A DNA stretch of 64,000 nt from Paraphysomonas bandaiensis (GCA_965644295.1 CBFFRP010000439.1:1-64000); one strand, 5' to 3'. Numbered from the stretch's first letter, positions 11,864 to 24,442 are shown. Numbers and translations are program-made. The notes: generated from the sequence alone by a model not told the origin.

Positions 11864-14800
11864 CTATGCTCTGCTATCTTGGTCAAGCAAAGTTTCATGA
11901 GCATCGGTAGCTTTATTGCCAAAGAAAGCTTTCTTGATAAAAATGCAGTAGCCCAGGATACAGCAGATGATCACACCAACAGGGATTGCGATAGAAAAAC
12001 TGAGTATTGTTGTCTTGTCCCAAAAAGAATCGTCATCAGAACTGTTGCTTCTCAATTCATTTTCACTAGTGGGGCTGCTCGTAGGTGCCTAAAATAAAAT
12101 GTGATCATAAGCACAATGGGTTTTACACGAAATACCCCTACAGCAGACACCAGCGCAGGAAATGAGGCAATTCCGACAAAGGTATCATAGTGATCGCTGT
12201 TTAAACTGCTGTCTCCAACACACACCTGCAATCAGCGATACTCAAAAATGAAGTAGAGTTGCATGTAGAAAAAACTCACAGTATAATAGCCTGGGGGCCA
12301 ATTGTAAGCGGCATCCGTCACATCAATGACCGCCGAATACGTGTTACCACTGACAGCTTCCTGAGTCCATTCCTCCGGCCACGAGTAAAGATGAGAACAC
12401 TGCTCTATCTGCCCTCCGATCTGAATACAGTCCCCCACATCAGCAGAAGTATACTTGATGGCGGCAATGAAAGTCGTGGAGCTCTTATCGGGGTCAGAGC
12501 TACTTACATGTGTCATAAACAAGTCAAAATGGGCAAAACTATATACCTAAAATACGTGAGAGTAACATTCACTGAGTCTAAAATTCCTTCAGCATAAGCG
12601 TCCATACAAGCGTACTGTCCACCTGTCATATCCACATCGAATTGCACCTGCCAAATATTCATTGACCTCACGTTACTAAGAAACTAATTAAACACCTCCA
12701 GAGTATCCCCGACGTCAGAAGATACCTCCAACACCTCCGGTTCCAATTGAAGGTCAGGGAACGAAGCGACACCAGTGTATGTATCTGTTGCATCTCCGAT
12801 ATTGCTGTCTCCGAAACACGTAGTGTAATCACCCGTCGGCCAGTTGTAAGCGGCATCCGTCAGATCAATGATCGCCGAATACGTGTTACCACTGACAGCT
12901 TCCTGAGTCCATTCCTCCGGCCACGAGTAAAGATGAGCACACTGCTCTATCTGCCCTCCGATCTGAATACAGTCCCCCTCATCAGCAGAAGTGTACTTGA
13001 TGGCGGCAATGAAAGTCGTAGAGGTCTTATTGATTTCCGTGCTGTGCGAACTCACTTAAATTGCAATTTAATCAGGTAAGGGTTTACTATCACCTGGAGT
13101 AAATAAGGGTGACAGATAATGACTGCACTGCTCCTGAGGATCGTACGCTGATACACTGATATTCCCCGCCTTCCATTACGAGGTCAAAGTTCATCTACAT
13201 GAGAGTATTAGTCTCGATATATTAATTATATGTGCACTGTTGGACACCTCCAGGGTTTCACCATAGTCGGATACAATGGTGATGTCGTCACTGTGTCCGT
13301 ATGTAAGTCCTGGGAACGCGGAATGCCCAACAAATGTGTCGTAGTTATCACTTTCAAGGTTACTGTCTCCAAAACACACCTGCAATCAGCGATACTCAAA
13401 AATGAAGTAGAGTTACACATAGAAAAAACTCACAGTATAATAGCCTGGGGGCCATGTGTAGTTGGCATCCGTCACATCAATGACCGCCGAATACGTGTTA
13501 CCACTGACAGCGTCCTGAGTCCATTCCTCCGGCCACGAGTAAAGATGAGCACACTGCTCTATCTGCCCTCCGATCTGAATACAGTCCCCCTCATCAGCAG
13601 AAGTATACTTGATGGCAGAGACGAAAGTCGTAGAGGTTTTGTCGACATCCGTACTGCACATGTTACAAACCTATGTGCATCACGAAGTAGTAAATACCTT
13701 GAGTACATCAAGGAGACATTAAATTCAGTCACAGCACCAATCGCGTACACATCCAAACACTCATATTCCCCCCCTTTAAGAGAAAGATCAAAAGACACCT
13801 AAACGATGGTCACAAACTAACAAAGAAAGACAGTAGTTAACACACATCCAGAGTTTCTCCGTAGTCGCTTTCCACCTCCAGGGGTATATTAGCTGACATC
13901 AGCGCAGGAAATGAGGCAATTCCGACAAAGGTATCATAGTGATCGCTGTTTAAACTGCTGTCTCCAATACACACCTGCAATCAGCGATACTCAAAAATGA
14001 AATAGAGTTGCATGTAGAAAAAACTCACAGTATAATAGCCTGGGGGCCAATTGTAAGCGGCATCCGTCACATCAATGACCGCCGAATACGTGTTACCACT
14101 GACAGCTTCCTGAGTCCATTCCTCCGGCCACGAGTAAAGATGAGAACACTGCTCTATCTGCCCTCCGATCTGAATACAGTCCCCCACATCAGCAGAAGTA
14201 TACTTGATGGCGGCAATGAAAGTCGTGGAGCTCTTATCGGGGTCAGAGCTACTTACATGTGTCATAAACAAGTCAAAATGGGCAAAACTATATACCTAAA
14301 ATACGTGAGAGTAACATTCACTGAGTCTAAAATTCCTTCAGCATAAGCGTCCATACAAGCGTACTGTCCACCTGTCATATCCACATCGAATTGCACCTGC
14401 CAAATATTCATTGACCTCACGTTACTAAGAAACTAATTAAACACCTCCAGAGTATCCCCGACGTCAGAAGATACCTCCAACACCTCCGGTTCCAATTGAA
14501 GGTCAGGGAACGAAGCGACACCAGTGTATGTATCTGTTGCATCTCCGATATTGCTGTCTCCGAAACACATAGTGTAATCACCCGTCGGCCAGTTGTAAGC
14601 GGCATCCGTCAGATCAATGATCGCCGAATACGTGTTACCACTGACAGCTTCCTGAGTCCATTCCTCCGGCCACGAGTAAAGATGAGCACACTGCTCTATC
14701 TGCCCTCCGATCTGAATACAGTCCCCCTCATCAGCAGAAGTGTACTTGATGGCGGCAATGAAAGTCGTAGAGGTCTTATTGATTTCCGTGCTGTGCGAAC

Positions 14801-16310
14801 TCACTTAAATTGCAATTTAATCAGGTAAGGGTTTACTATCACCTGGAGTAAATAAGGGTGACAGATAATGACTGCACTGCTCCTGAGGATCGTACGCTGA
14901 TACACTGATATTCCCCGCCTTCCATTACGAGGTCAAAGTTCATCTACATGAGAGTATTAGTCTCGATATATTAATTATATGTGCACTGTTGGACACCTCC
15001 AGGGTTTCACCATAGTCGGATACAATGGTGATGTCGTCACTGTGTCCGTATGTAAGTCCTGGGAACGCGGAATGCCCAACAAATGTGTCGTAGTTATCAC
15101 TTTCAAGGTTACTGTCTCCAAAACACACCTGCAATCAGCGATACTCAAAAATGAAGTAGAGTTACACATAGAAAAAACTCACAGTATAATAGCCTGGGGG
15201 CCATGTGTAGTTGGCATCCGTCACATCAATGACCGCCGAATACGTGTTACCACTGACAGCGTCCTGAGTCCATTCTTCCGGCCACGAGTAAAGATGAGCA
15301 CACTGCTCTATCTGCCCTCCGATCTGAATACAGTCCCCCTCATCAGCAGAAGTATACTTGATGGCAGAGACGAAAGTCGTAGAGGTTTTGTCGACATCCG
15401 TACTGCACATGTTACAAACCTATGTGCATCACGAAGTAGTAAATACCTTGAGTACATCAAGGAGACATTAAATTCAGTCACAGCACCAATCGCGTACACA
15501 TCCAAACACTCATATTCCCCCCCTTTAAGAGAAAGATCAAAAGACACCTAAACGATGGTCACAAACTAACAAAGAAAGACAGTAGTTAACACACATCCAG
15601 AGTTTCTCCGTAGTCGCTTTCCACCTCCAGGGGTAAATTTTCCGATACTAAAGCTGGAAGCAACATTAGTCCTGTGTAGGTCTCGTTTGATGACCCAATG
15701 GTGCTGTCACCGATGCATACCTGTAGAAATATTAGTGAACATCATATCAGTCATGTCATATATCTGCTCACTGTGTAATAGCCTGTAGGCCAGAAATAAT
15801 TAGCATCCGTCATATCAATGACCGCCGAATACGTGTTACCACTGACAGCTTCCTGAGTCCATTCCTCCGGCCACGAGTAAAGATGAGCACACTGCTCTAT
15901 ACGCCCTCCGATCTGAATGCAGTCCCCGGCATCAGCAGAAGTGTACTTGATGGCAGCGATGAAGTCAGTGGAGGTCTTATTTTCGTCGGTACTGAAAAAA
16001 TGAGAAGTTAATAGTTAGAATTGAGCATAGCGGCTCACATATATAGGCGGTGAAGGCCCACCTGTTGTACTCCATCGTGACATTTAACTCCGATATCAGA
16101 CCCGATGCATACGTGTCTGTACATACATAATCTCCGCCCGATAAAACAGAGTCGAAAGACACCTAAACACAACACACTGTGAGCATAGCACACCCACACA
16201 GCCGATAGAGAGATCACCTGGAGGGTTTCTCCTGGATGAGATGTCTCCTGGACCCCCTCCGCAGACACACACACACACACACACAACACTGACACCGCTG
16301 CACGAAACAT
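11864..16310 (-). CDS. Type-I membrane/surface protein with 7 tandem ~125-aa Cys-containing repeats
   Basis: Signal-peptide-like MFRAAVSVLCVCVCVSA; seven repeats containing FIAAIKYTSADxGDCIQIGGxIEQCxHLYSWPEEW; TM segment ILSFSIAIPVGVIICCILGYCIFI followed by KK and a short tail; in-frame GT-AG introns. Confidence 0.85.
12151..15635. repeat. 1749-bp intragenic tandem duplication (3 domains plus introns)
   Basis: 12151-13886 and 13900-15635 are nearly identical; the ORF track repeats at an offset of 1749. Confidence 0.95.
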
Positions 16311-16597
16311 GTCTACGAATGGTAAGAGGTCAAGCTGCAGGGATGTCCACTAGTAGTCGTCGTTGTAGTAATAGCTGGCTGGTGTATCGTCTCTTGTGAT
16401 GCAATTGTGCCTCTATTCGATATGGCAGTATGATCTCAGCAAACTAGTATATGATATGATTCCATACACATACTCTGCGCATGATACATGCCGTACAACT
16501 GTACTACTGTACTACTGTACTACAGCAGTATACCCACCACATATGGGCACAACACCAAAGATACGCCGCCAAAATATGAGCACAGGAATTCAACGTG

Positions 16598-16870
16598 ACT
16601 ACAGTACTACGACACATCATATGGACATCAGCGGGCTACATACGAGTACAGCAGTACAGTACAGTACTACGACACATCATATGGACATCAGCGGGCTACA
16701 TACGAGTACAGCAGTACAGTACAGTACTACGACACATCATATGGACATCAGCGGGCTACATACAGAGTACAGCAGTACAGTACAGTGCTACGACACATTC
16801 ATATGGACATCAGCGCTCATATGGACGTCAGCGGGCTACATACAGAGTACAGTACAGTGCAGTACTTCCT
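16598..16870. repeat. 60-bp minisatellite in a divergent intergenic region
   Basis: TACAGTACTACGACACATCATATGGACATCAGCGGGCTACATACGAGTACAGCAGTACAG occurs ~3 times plus degenerate copies. Confidence 0.92.
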
Positions 16871-17038
16871 ACACAGTGCAGTGCAGTATGTGGATTGAAA
16901 CGGAAACGGATAAATGTCCCGGAAAAGGAATACCGGAGTACGCATCACGGTCCTGTATAGGTATACACTGCACTCCCCTGCACACTGCTGTGCCTGTAGG
17001 TGGACACACACACAGTCGGATCTCATAGTCGTTCAGTT

Positions 17039-18035
17039 ATGAGAATGTCAATAAGGTTGAGAGTAACTCATAAGTGTTCGTCAGATGGAAGTGGACAATG
17101 GCCTTATATGGTGCTTGTGCATGGGCTGGACTCCACCCGGTTCACTTGGAACCCTTACATCAACGAGCACTGCCAGCAGTTTAATGTTGTGGCTCTTGAC
17201 CTGCGCGGTCACGGCGAGTCTCCACTGGGCCATGAACTAGGCTTTAATATCGACAGTGTTGTGGATGATATCAGACACACTCTCTCCGATATTGGCGTCC
17301 CGAAACCGTTCACTCTTGTTGGTCACAGGTATCAGTGTGAGCCATGTGAAGCTTCGATGTTTTAACTGTTGCATTCCTAGTATGGGTGGACGAGTAGCAA
17401 TGGCGTATGGTTCCAAGTATCCGACTGACATTGCCGCACTGGCAGTGGAAGATATGGACATTGAGCCGCGATCAGTTCGTACAATCACTGACAGGGAGTT
17501 ACAGAGTCGCAGAAATTTTTCTCGGCTGGCTAGCTCGTATGAAAGTTTAAAATCATGTCTATCGGAATGGTATGAGCCAGATCGTATCGATGGCTGGATA
17601 CATGACGGGAGGATATTCCAGAAAAGCAGTAATGAATGGTGGAGTGGTATCAACCCACTCGCTCAATATCTAGCTCTTCAGGAGATACTGGGCAGAGAAG
17701 GTGTAGGAAAGAAAGAGTGGGTAGAATGTGCGCGAGCTAATTTTCCACTCTATCTTCTGGTTGCGGGCAATAACTCCGCATGTCATTGGGCAAGCATTAA
17801 AAGAATGCAGCAAGTAGCCCCCTCTTCTGAAACGATTACCTTCCCAACCGCCCAGCATAGTATCCACAACACAGCCCGTGAAGATTTTGCTCAGTGCATG
17901 GAGAAAGTAATGATAGCAGGCGCAGCATATGCGCAGAATACGTATTCTCCAATACTCGCTTCGGAGGGTACTGAAAACAGCAAGGGGGTGGATGTGGAAG
18001 ATGCGCTGTCTTCTCGAAATGAAGAATTGTCATAA
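17039..18035 (+). CDS. Alpha/beta hydrolase (esterase, ABHD11/YbfF-like)
   Basis: LVHGL, DLRGHGES, the GHSMGG nucleophile motif restored by intron 17329-17380, and a C-terminal HSIH. Confidence 0.9.
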
Positions 18036-19250
18036 GCAATATGTCGCTGTATGACAGAGTTTGTTTTCGTTTGTACTGAGAACTGACCGTTCTTATTTAC
18101 TATGTTTCAAGTTGTCCCCAGCATAATTTTTTCTTATTGGCGATGATCTAAAAGTAGATATTACATATATGATTAGAAATGTACTACTTATTCGCTTATT
18201 CGTGATGGGGTTATTGGTGGTGAGCGATGCAAGATTGAATAAATTTATATTTAATTTGTTTGGATGACATCCCTGAAAGTTTACGACACAGATTTTGATA
18301 TATTGACAGTCATAGTGATTCTACTATATGAAACAATTTTAGGAAAACCACATTGATGAGTAAACTTGCACAAGCAGATCATCAAACACTCCAAGTTGTA
18401 TTCCATCCTTCGTCTGATACAGAATGTAGAGATCACATGATGTCAGTGCAAGCGATATATCATTAAAACTAGAACTTCGAAACAACCCTTCATGAATATT
18501 ACTGGAGAGTTCAAAGCCGTATCTGATGCTTAATGTGATTTGGAGCAATGTCACCCTGTCCTTTCAGGTTTGGGTTACGTCGGCGTGCTTATTAGGATTG
18601 TGTGCCTTATATTATACTATTATACACACAGCATTTGAGTCAACGGAGGATACGCATGTTGTATATAAATGTGATGATGATTGTCGTGTGACTACAATAT
18701 TCACATTCATCACAGTTGCTATTCCTTCAGTATCCTGTGGTAGTGACACATTGGTTGTAGCTATTACTGAAATTTGAGGATTTATTGCTTTGAGTTATAG
18801 CTAGTATAATTGTGATACCCTTATGTTGTGCATACCATTAGATAATATATACATAATGGTCTTTTGATACATATTGACGACTTCACACTGCTGTTTTACA
18901 CTAATCTGTGTCAAGTTATGACACAAGTGGATGATTTACTAAGTTAACTGAACGTACGTGTATATACTCATTAATCTTGTCAAAATTATTATAATCTATA
19001 TTTCTTCTCATTCATCAATTTCATGTTATCTCTACGACCGATCATTTCTCGTACGATCTTACATCGTCACTATCTTGTATGATCAATATATTATATTCAG
19101 TTTCATTACTACAGCAGCTATCTATCATGTTCTTAGTTCTCATAATATTGTTAATCACTACTGTATTCTTAGACAAACGATCATAATTCCAATACCTTAG
19201 AATTACACCTGTTAATTTCTCACGCATCAAAACTCAGCAATCTGGATTTC

Positions 19251-21047
19251 TCTTAACAAAGTTGGACTCGCACCTTTTCGTGGTGTTCTGGGGGATAAGT
19301 ACCGGAGATATTTCCCCGGGAAACTAATGTGAGCCGCATATATAGTCAGCAGATATTGCTCTGCTCACTCATAGCCAAATGCTTGTGTGGTTCAAGGAAC
19401 ACTAAATAGTGTCACTTTTTCTTTTCTGGGCCTTGACGAATACTCAGGCATCCGGGAATGGGCCGATCTCAAGGGTGTCCGGGGCATCGGGCTGCCTACT
19501 GAATTTAAACATATATATGGGCTAGTTCACCATAAGGACATAAAGCAAAAAGTGGTTGTGTAGGCGTCAAGAATCATCACCAGATAAAAGTAGTAGTCAT
19601 ATGAGGACTAGTCAAGCTAGATCGACCTCTACCTGTAACTAGCTAGTACAAACTCTATTATCCTACTATTTAACGCTAGAGGATGCTTGTGCGTCGCCGC
19701 AAGCACCAAGGTGCAACCACTTCCGTTCTTTTGTGTGTGAGAGGGAGAAGCTCTCTGCGGACGTCTGTCCTTGAAGTACGCCCCTTAGGATAGGGACTCT
19801 GTGGAGGAGAATTCTGTATCAGTGAGTCAAGTGTTCTTGAACTAAGATACATGGACGAGGGGGTATGTTGAGACTCCTGCGTGTCTTGGAATGGCGTTTG
19901 TGCGAGTTGGGTCTTGGGCAGAGGAGTAGCTGACGGAGCTGGCGCCGTGGCGTCTGCTGGGGCGTGGGTAGCAAAAGAGGAAGGCGGGGCCGCGTTAGGT
20001 CTCCGCTGTACGCGTAGTAAGCGGAGAACCCGTGGCTTTTGCTAGGTGTTGTTCGATTTAAATCGCGTATTGTGCTGCATTTATGGGGGCGATCTGGGGG
20101 AACTTCGTGTGTGTCCACGTCGCTGTCCAGGGGGAGTCTTTGTGGCCCCCTCTGGTTAGCAGCGGCATAACGCCCACTACGATCTTGGAGCATTTGTTTG
20201 GCTGCTGTATAGAGCGGTTGAAGGAGGTTGAAGCAGTATAGAAGAACCATATGTTTTACCGAGAGTCAAGCCGAAAGCCACAATTAACGCATCTGGCTTT
20301 GTTTAGGTCAAGACCATGCTTTGTTTTGGCCCTATTCCTACCATTGCTGTAGGATTTATTTGTCCCATGTCAGGGCTGTATTGAGTTTGCTTAGTTGTGA
20401 ACTGTCCTTGATCCAGGATCTGCCGCAGCCGACGAGATCCAGTTAGTGCGGCACTTCCAGTATACAGGTGCACGATCCAGATTACTACCGTAGAGTTGGT
20501 CACGGAGCGCAGTATAATTCTCTAGAGTCCACTGATCGCAAAGAGATTGTAAATCAGTGATCATGGGGTGGATAAGATTCGGCCGGCGTATGCCGGACAG
20601 TCGCCAATGCCATATTCCGGACGTGAGTATACGCTCCATGACTCTGGTAACATCAATTTCACAGAAGGTATAGGTTGCGGCCTAACATGCGGTCAACCTC
20701 CAATCATTCACCCCCTTCAACCGCGTCTGCTATGTAAATACCTTTGTCTTCATACGTCCATTGAGATTCATCGGGCGTGTGACGCTCGGGGTGTGAGCGG
20801 ACCCAATTAATATTCCTCTTGGTGCACGTTTTGGCCGTAGCGATGCTCTCAAGGAAGATTCCTTCAGCACGATGTGCAAGTGCGCGTCGTCGTGTGGAGC
20901 AAAAGTGGCTAGACCTTGGTGCTTGCGGTGACGCACAAGCAGTTTTTCTAGCGCAAAAAAATAAAGAGTTAAGCACTAGTTAGTTAAATTGTGTTACTAC
21001 ACTAGTTCTGACTCATACACATCTATTGCATAATCAGACATTCACTA
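19251..21047 (+). mobile_element. Ribozyme-headed retroposon copy split by a LINE insertion
   Basis: Head 19251-19555 and tail 20898-21047 are collinear with 21135-21644; degenerate flanking repeat ATCTGGATTTC / ATCTCGATCTC. Confidence 0.8.
19556..20897 (-). mobile_element. 5'-truncated decayed non-LTR retrotransposon (RNase H end, CCHC knuckle, 3' UTR)
   Basis: INWVRSHPER..KGIYIADAV (RNase H WVxxH..AD motif); ARCVNCGFRLDSR knuckle-like segment; TSD-like AGCAAAA(A)GTGG at 19544-19555 and 20898-20908. Confidence 0.75.
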
Positions 21048-21134
21048 TCTCGATCTCACTGCTCTAATCATGTGCTATTGGATGTTGGATCCATTTGTCT
21101 ATGTTGCACAGAATTTTACGATAACTATCGCTTG

Positions 21135-21220
21135 CCCTCAACAAAGTCGGACTCGCACCTTTTCGTGGTGTTCTGGGGGATAAGTACCGGAGTTATTTCT
21201 CTGGGAAACTAACGTGAGCC
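21135..21220 (+). ncRNA. Putative HDV-like self-cleaving ribozyme
   Basis: P1 CCCTCA/TGGGGG, P2 CTCGC/GTGAG, P3 ACC/GGT, L3 TTTTCGT, P4 CCGGAG/CTCTGG, and J4/2 with candidate catalytic C21209 in CTAA. Confidence 0.7.
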
Positions 21221-21644
21221 GCAAACATAGTCAGCGGATATTCTTCTGCCCACTCATAGCCGAATGCTTGTGTGGTACAAGGGACACCAATAAGTGTCAC
21301 TTGTGTAGACGTCTTTGGGCCCTGACGAATAAACAGGCATCCGGGAATGGGTCCACCTCAAGGGCATCCGGGACAGGGCCCACCTGAAGGGTAACCGGGG
21401 TATTGGGCTGCCTGCTGAAGTCAAGCATCCGGGATGTTCACCTTAAGAACTCAGAGCGGAAGTGGTCGCACCTTGGTGCTTGCGGCGACGCACAAGCAGC
21501 TTCCGTAGCGTTAAATAGTAGGATAAAAAAAGTGTGTACTGATTAGTTACAGGTAGAGGTCTAACTAGTTTGTCTAGCATTCATCTAGCTACTAAGTTAG
21601 TGCATGTTTTTAACGCCTATTGCTAATAATAAGACTTTCAATAT
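21135..21644 (+). mobile_element. Full-length ribozyme-headed non-autonomous retroposon with 11-bp TSD
   Basis: ACTATCGCTTG at 21124-21134 and 21645-21655; no TIRs and no ORF; ~27-bp internal repeats (GGCATCCGGGA..); the 3' part is homologous to the LINE 3' UTR at 19560-19727. Confidence 0.88.
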
Positions 21645-22369
21645 ACTATCGCTTGTATCATGCATGGACTCATTGATATCTAAACATTTATTGTTTAATA
21701 TCCTCTACTCGCGATAGTGGACATACATCAATAGTTATAATTAGGTACATACTTACATACTTTCCCCACAAAGTATGGAAGCTTTCTCGGTATAAGTATG
21801 AATTGGTCCATGACCAAGAAGAACTGCGTATTGTAGAATCTATAATACTCGTCAGCAGATTAGTTCTTAGCTTATCATGCCACACGCCACACCTGAATAG
21901 TCAGCGGCATTTATCATTATTTTATTGTTGAGCCTGTTTAAAGTTTAAAATCTCCATCAATAGTATTGATGGAACGCTATCTAACAATTGTATTGCAATA
22001 TATTGTTTCCTAGCCCTGGAGAGTACTATATAATGTGAAAATTCGACTGAGGCTTATTGAGAGTTGACACAAAAATGCGGAAGGATTGTTAAAGACTTAA
22101 CAAGTAATAGCCGCGTTTACTCAACACTACCTACGTAGCAATCTATATCGCAATTCGTACGGGCAAAAACTAGAGCATATGTGTCACGAGAAACTAAACA
22201 AATACCATATACCTCGGTGCAAATGACTTCATACAAAAATGGAAAAGGTTGCCAAAATCAAGCAGTTAATAATTAATAGTATAGTGGCTTTCTACTCATC
22301 GATTTCGTCCATAACAGCAGCAACCACGTAATTATACATAATGATAAATTGTTGAACGCTACACACCAT

Positions 22370-22711
22370 CTATTCCTCATCTGACCACTCTGGGAGTATA
22401 AGTGGGTGCCATTGGTGCATCCATGCACACAACCTGCCATCACGTTACAACACGGAGTGAGATAATATCCGAACAATACCAGAGCATCCATGCGAAAAAA
22501 CCAGTAGTGACCATCACAACAGTTCCAATTCTACGAAACAAACGCATTATGACAATAAGCCAGTGACCAGAAGGGAGTGTACGTACTGCGCATCGTCCTT
22601 CGAGAGAGAGCCGCAGAACCTGGACCCCCACACAACACACACGGCGAACAGAGTGAGCATGATATAGGTCACTGTTCCATTGGTGACTTCAGCGGGAGGG
22701 GAGACACTCAT
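22370..22711 (-). CDS. ATP6V0E: V-type H+-ATPase subunit e (3 exons; not captured as a single ORF)
   Basis: Spliced product MSVSPP..YIMLTLFAVCVVWG..DAQ|IGTVVMVTTGFFAWMLW|LCAWMHQWHPLILPEWSDEE*, with two TM segments and the QxxPLIxP motif. Confidence 0.85.
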
Positions 22712-23202
22712 TGTGATTTAACAATTAATGGATGACAGCGATGCAATGCTAACAGGCTGACTGTGGAGCTACCTCTGCAATAATACAATCATGCTCTCCA
22801 CTCTCCTCACACCTACACACACATACATATATATACACATACAGTATACACACATATACATACATGTGATGCATCTGTGCAAAAACACTAAAATACGTTG
22901 TCGTGTTTTTTTAGTGTTTTTGATGTCCTTCATACAGCGTATCTTGAATAGCCAGCTATACTTCTGAATTTTCAGTACTGTATGCAGAATTGGATGCCGT
23001 ATACCAGTGTAGTATACCGTTATACCTACACTCCGCTGATGCTGGATGCGCAGAGTGAAAGTAGTTGATTTCGATAAAAGTCGATTTTTAGTGCTAGAAA
23101 GTCAGGGAGTTATGGGAAAACCCTCTGTTTTTAGGCGGTGCAAGTGTGTGATGATGAAGCGTATATTCCACACATGACACTCATGATCACAGTCAGCTTA
23201 AC

Positions 23203-23687
23203 ATGTCAAGCAGGAGCCGATTAATCAAAGACTACCGCACTGTGTTGCGGCACCTGAAGCGCATCCCGTCCCCCTCTAATTCGTCTGTGTTTCTTGATCT
23301 GGTTAGGAGGAGGGGCAGTGTGAGTGTCTGTATCGGTGCTGCTCCTCATCACTCACTTCATATACAGCGATCGCCTGAATTAAACGAAAGGATCTTGCGT
23401 GCCTATGCTGCTAATGTGTCCAGCGTAGCGGAGCTCACTCATCTCAGACAGTTAGATTCGGGAGATAAGCTGAATCAGAGGTAAGCGACAGTCAGTTGAC
23501 GAGCATCCAGCTCATGGGTTTCACAGGGATAAGATACGGGTAATGTCACAGAAAGTCGGCCTTACTCCTCCAAAGGTGAGAATTTTATGAGTATATAATC
23601 AGAATTACGCTCATCTCTTTTCAGTTTGCAGATGAATTTGAGGAATCTCTATTAGATCAAACAAATAGTGACAAATCAAGCCAATAA
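23203..23687 (+). CDS. FMC1-like / LYR-family mitochondrial protein (4 exons)
   Basis: LIKDYRTVLRHL at the N-terminus; YAANVSSVAELTHL..DKIRVMSQKVGLTPP resembles the FMC1 C-terminus. Confidence 0.6.
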
Positions 23688-24442
23688 ATTAGCAGCGTAG
23701 GAATAACTTACACTAAATAGTTTATAATTTTCACCGCGACCAAGCCTTTATTTATTCTGGAGCACCACAGTTCCTCTTCTATAGCTGGTTTCTCGCTTAT
23801 ATACATTCCTCTTCGCTACCATCAACACACAATTACAAAGCTGACTATTGGTGCAAATATATGACGCATGACAGTCTCTTGCGTGCTGTGGTTGAAAGCT
23901 TTGAAATACTCAATATAGCTAACTCGAGTCATTTGTATGGTGGAGAGTCACTATACTGGTCCTCTATATGATGACAGGATTGCGGCCCATGTGGTCATGT
24001 GGTGGTGTACCCCTAAAGACTTTAGCCTAAAGAGTAGACTAGTTTTTTATCTCTAAATACCAGCTTCTGAGCTAAATCGTCAAGGGACTAAAGAGCTGCA
24101 TAACTAGCTCAATGTGTAGTGTGTATGTTGGTTCTTTGACTTTATATAGTATATAGTAACATCCTTCTAGGATATTGTCCTACATAATTATTATCTAATC
24201 AGAGAAGTGTTTTCGACAGTTTGAAAACAGCTATCCTACTAGTTACTTGTTTACTACACTTACTATTGGTATTTATATTTATACTTATGTACATCTAAGC
24301 TGTGTACTGGATTACTTCTTCATCACCTTAATGTGTCTGAAATATTCTCCGACTAATTTCACAATAATCCGCTCCTAATATTTCCAATTACATCAGTACT
24401 CTCTACAGCTTTAATAATGTTGAAGTAAATCTCATTTCTCCA

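Noticed and set aside
12259-15551. Plus-strand ORFs over the surface-protein gene, and similar antisense ORFs over Copia, NCKX and PFAS
   Set aside because: These are shadow frames of well-supported genes on the opposite strand.
16396-17028. Repetitive ORFs or a CRISPR-like array at the 60-bp repeat (likewise the 37-bp repeat at 41751-42012)
   Set aside because: Perfect tandem units without unique spacers, no cas genes, and a eukaryotic context. The ORFs are by-products of the minisatellites.
21320-21350. Hammerhead ribozyme core (CTGACGA)
   Set aside because: No correctly placed GAAA/stem II, and other copies read TTGACGA.
21135-21644. Helitron or MITE interpretation of the family
   Set aside because: No TIRs and no TC...CTRR termini with a terminal hairpin; an 11-bp TSD is present.
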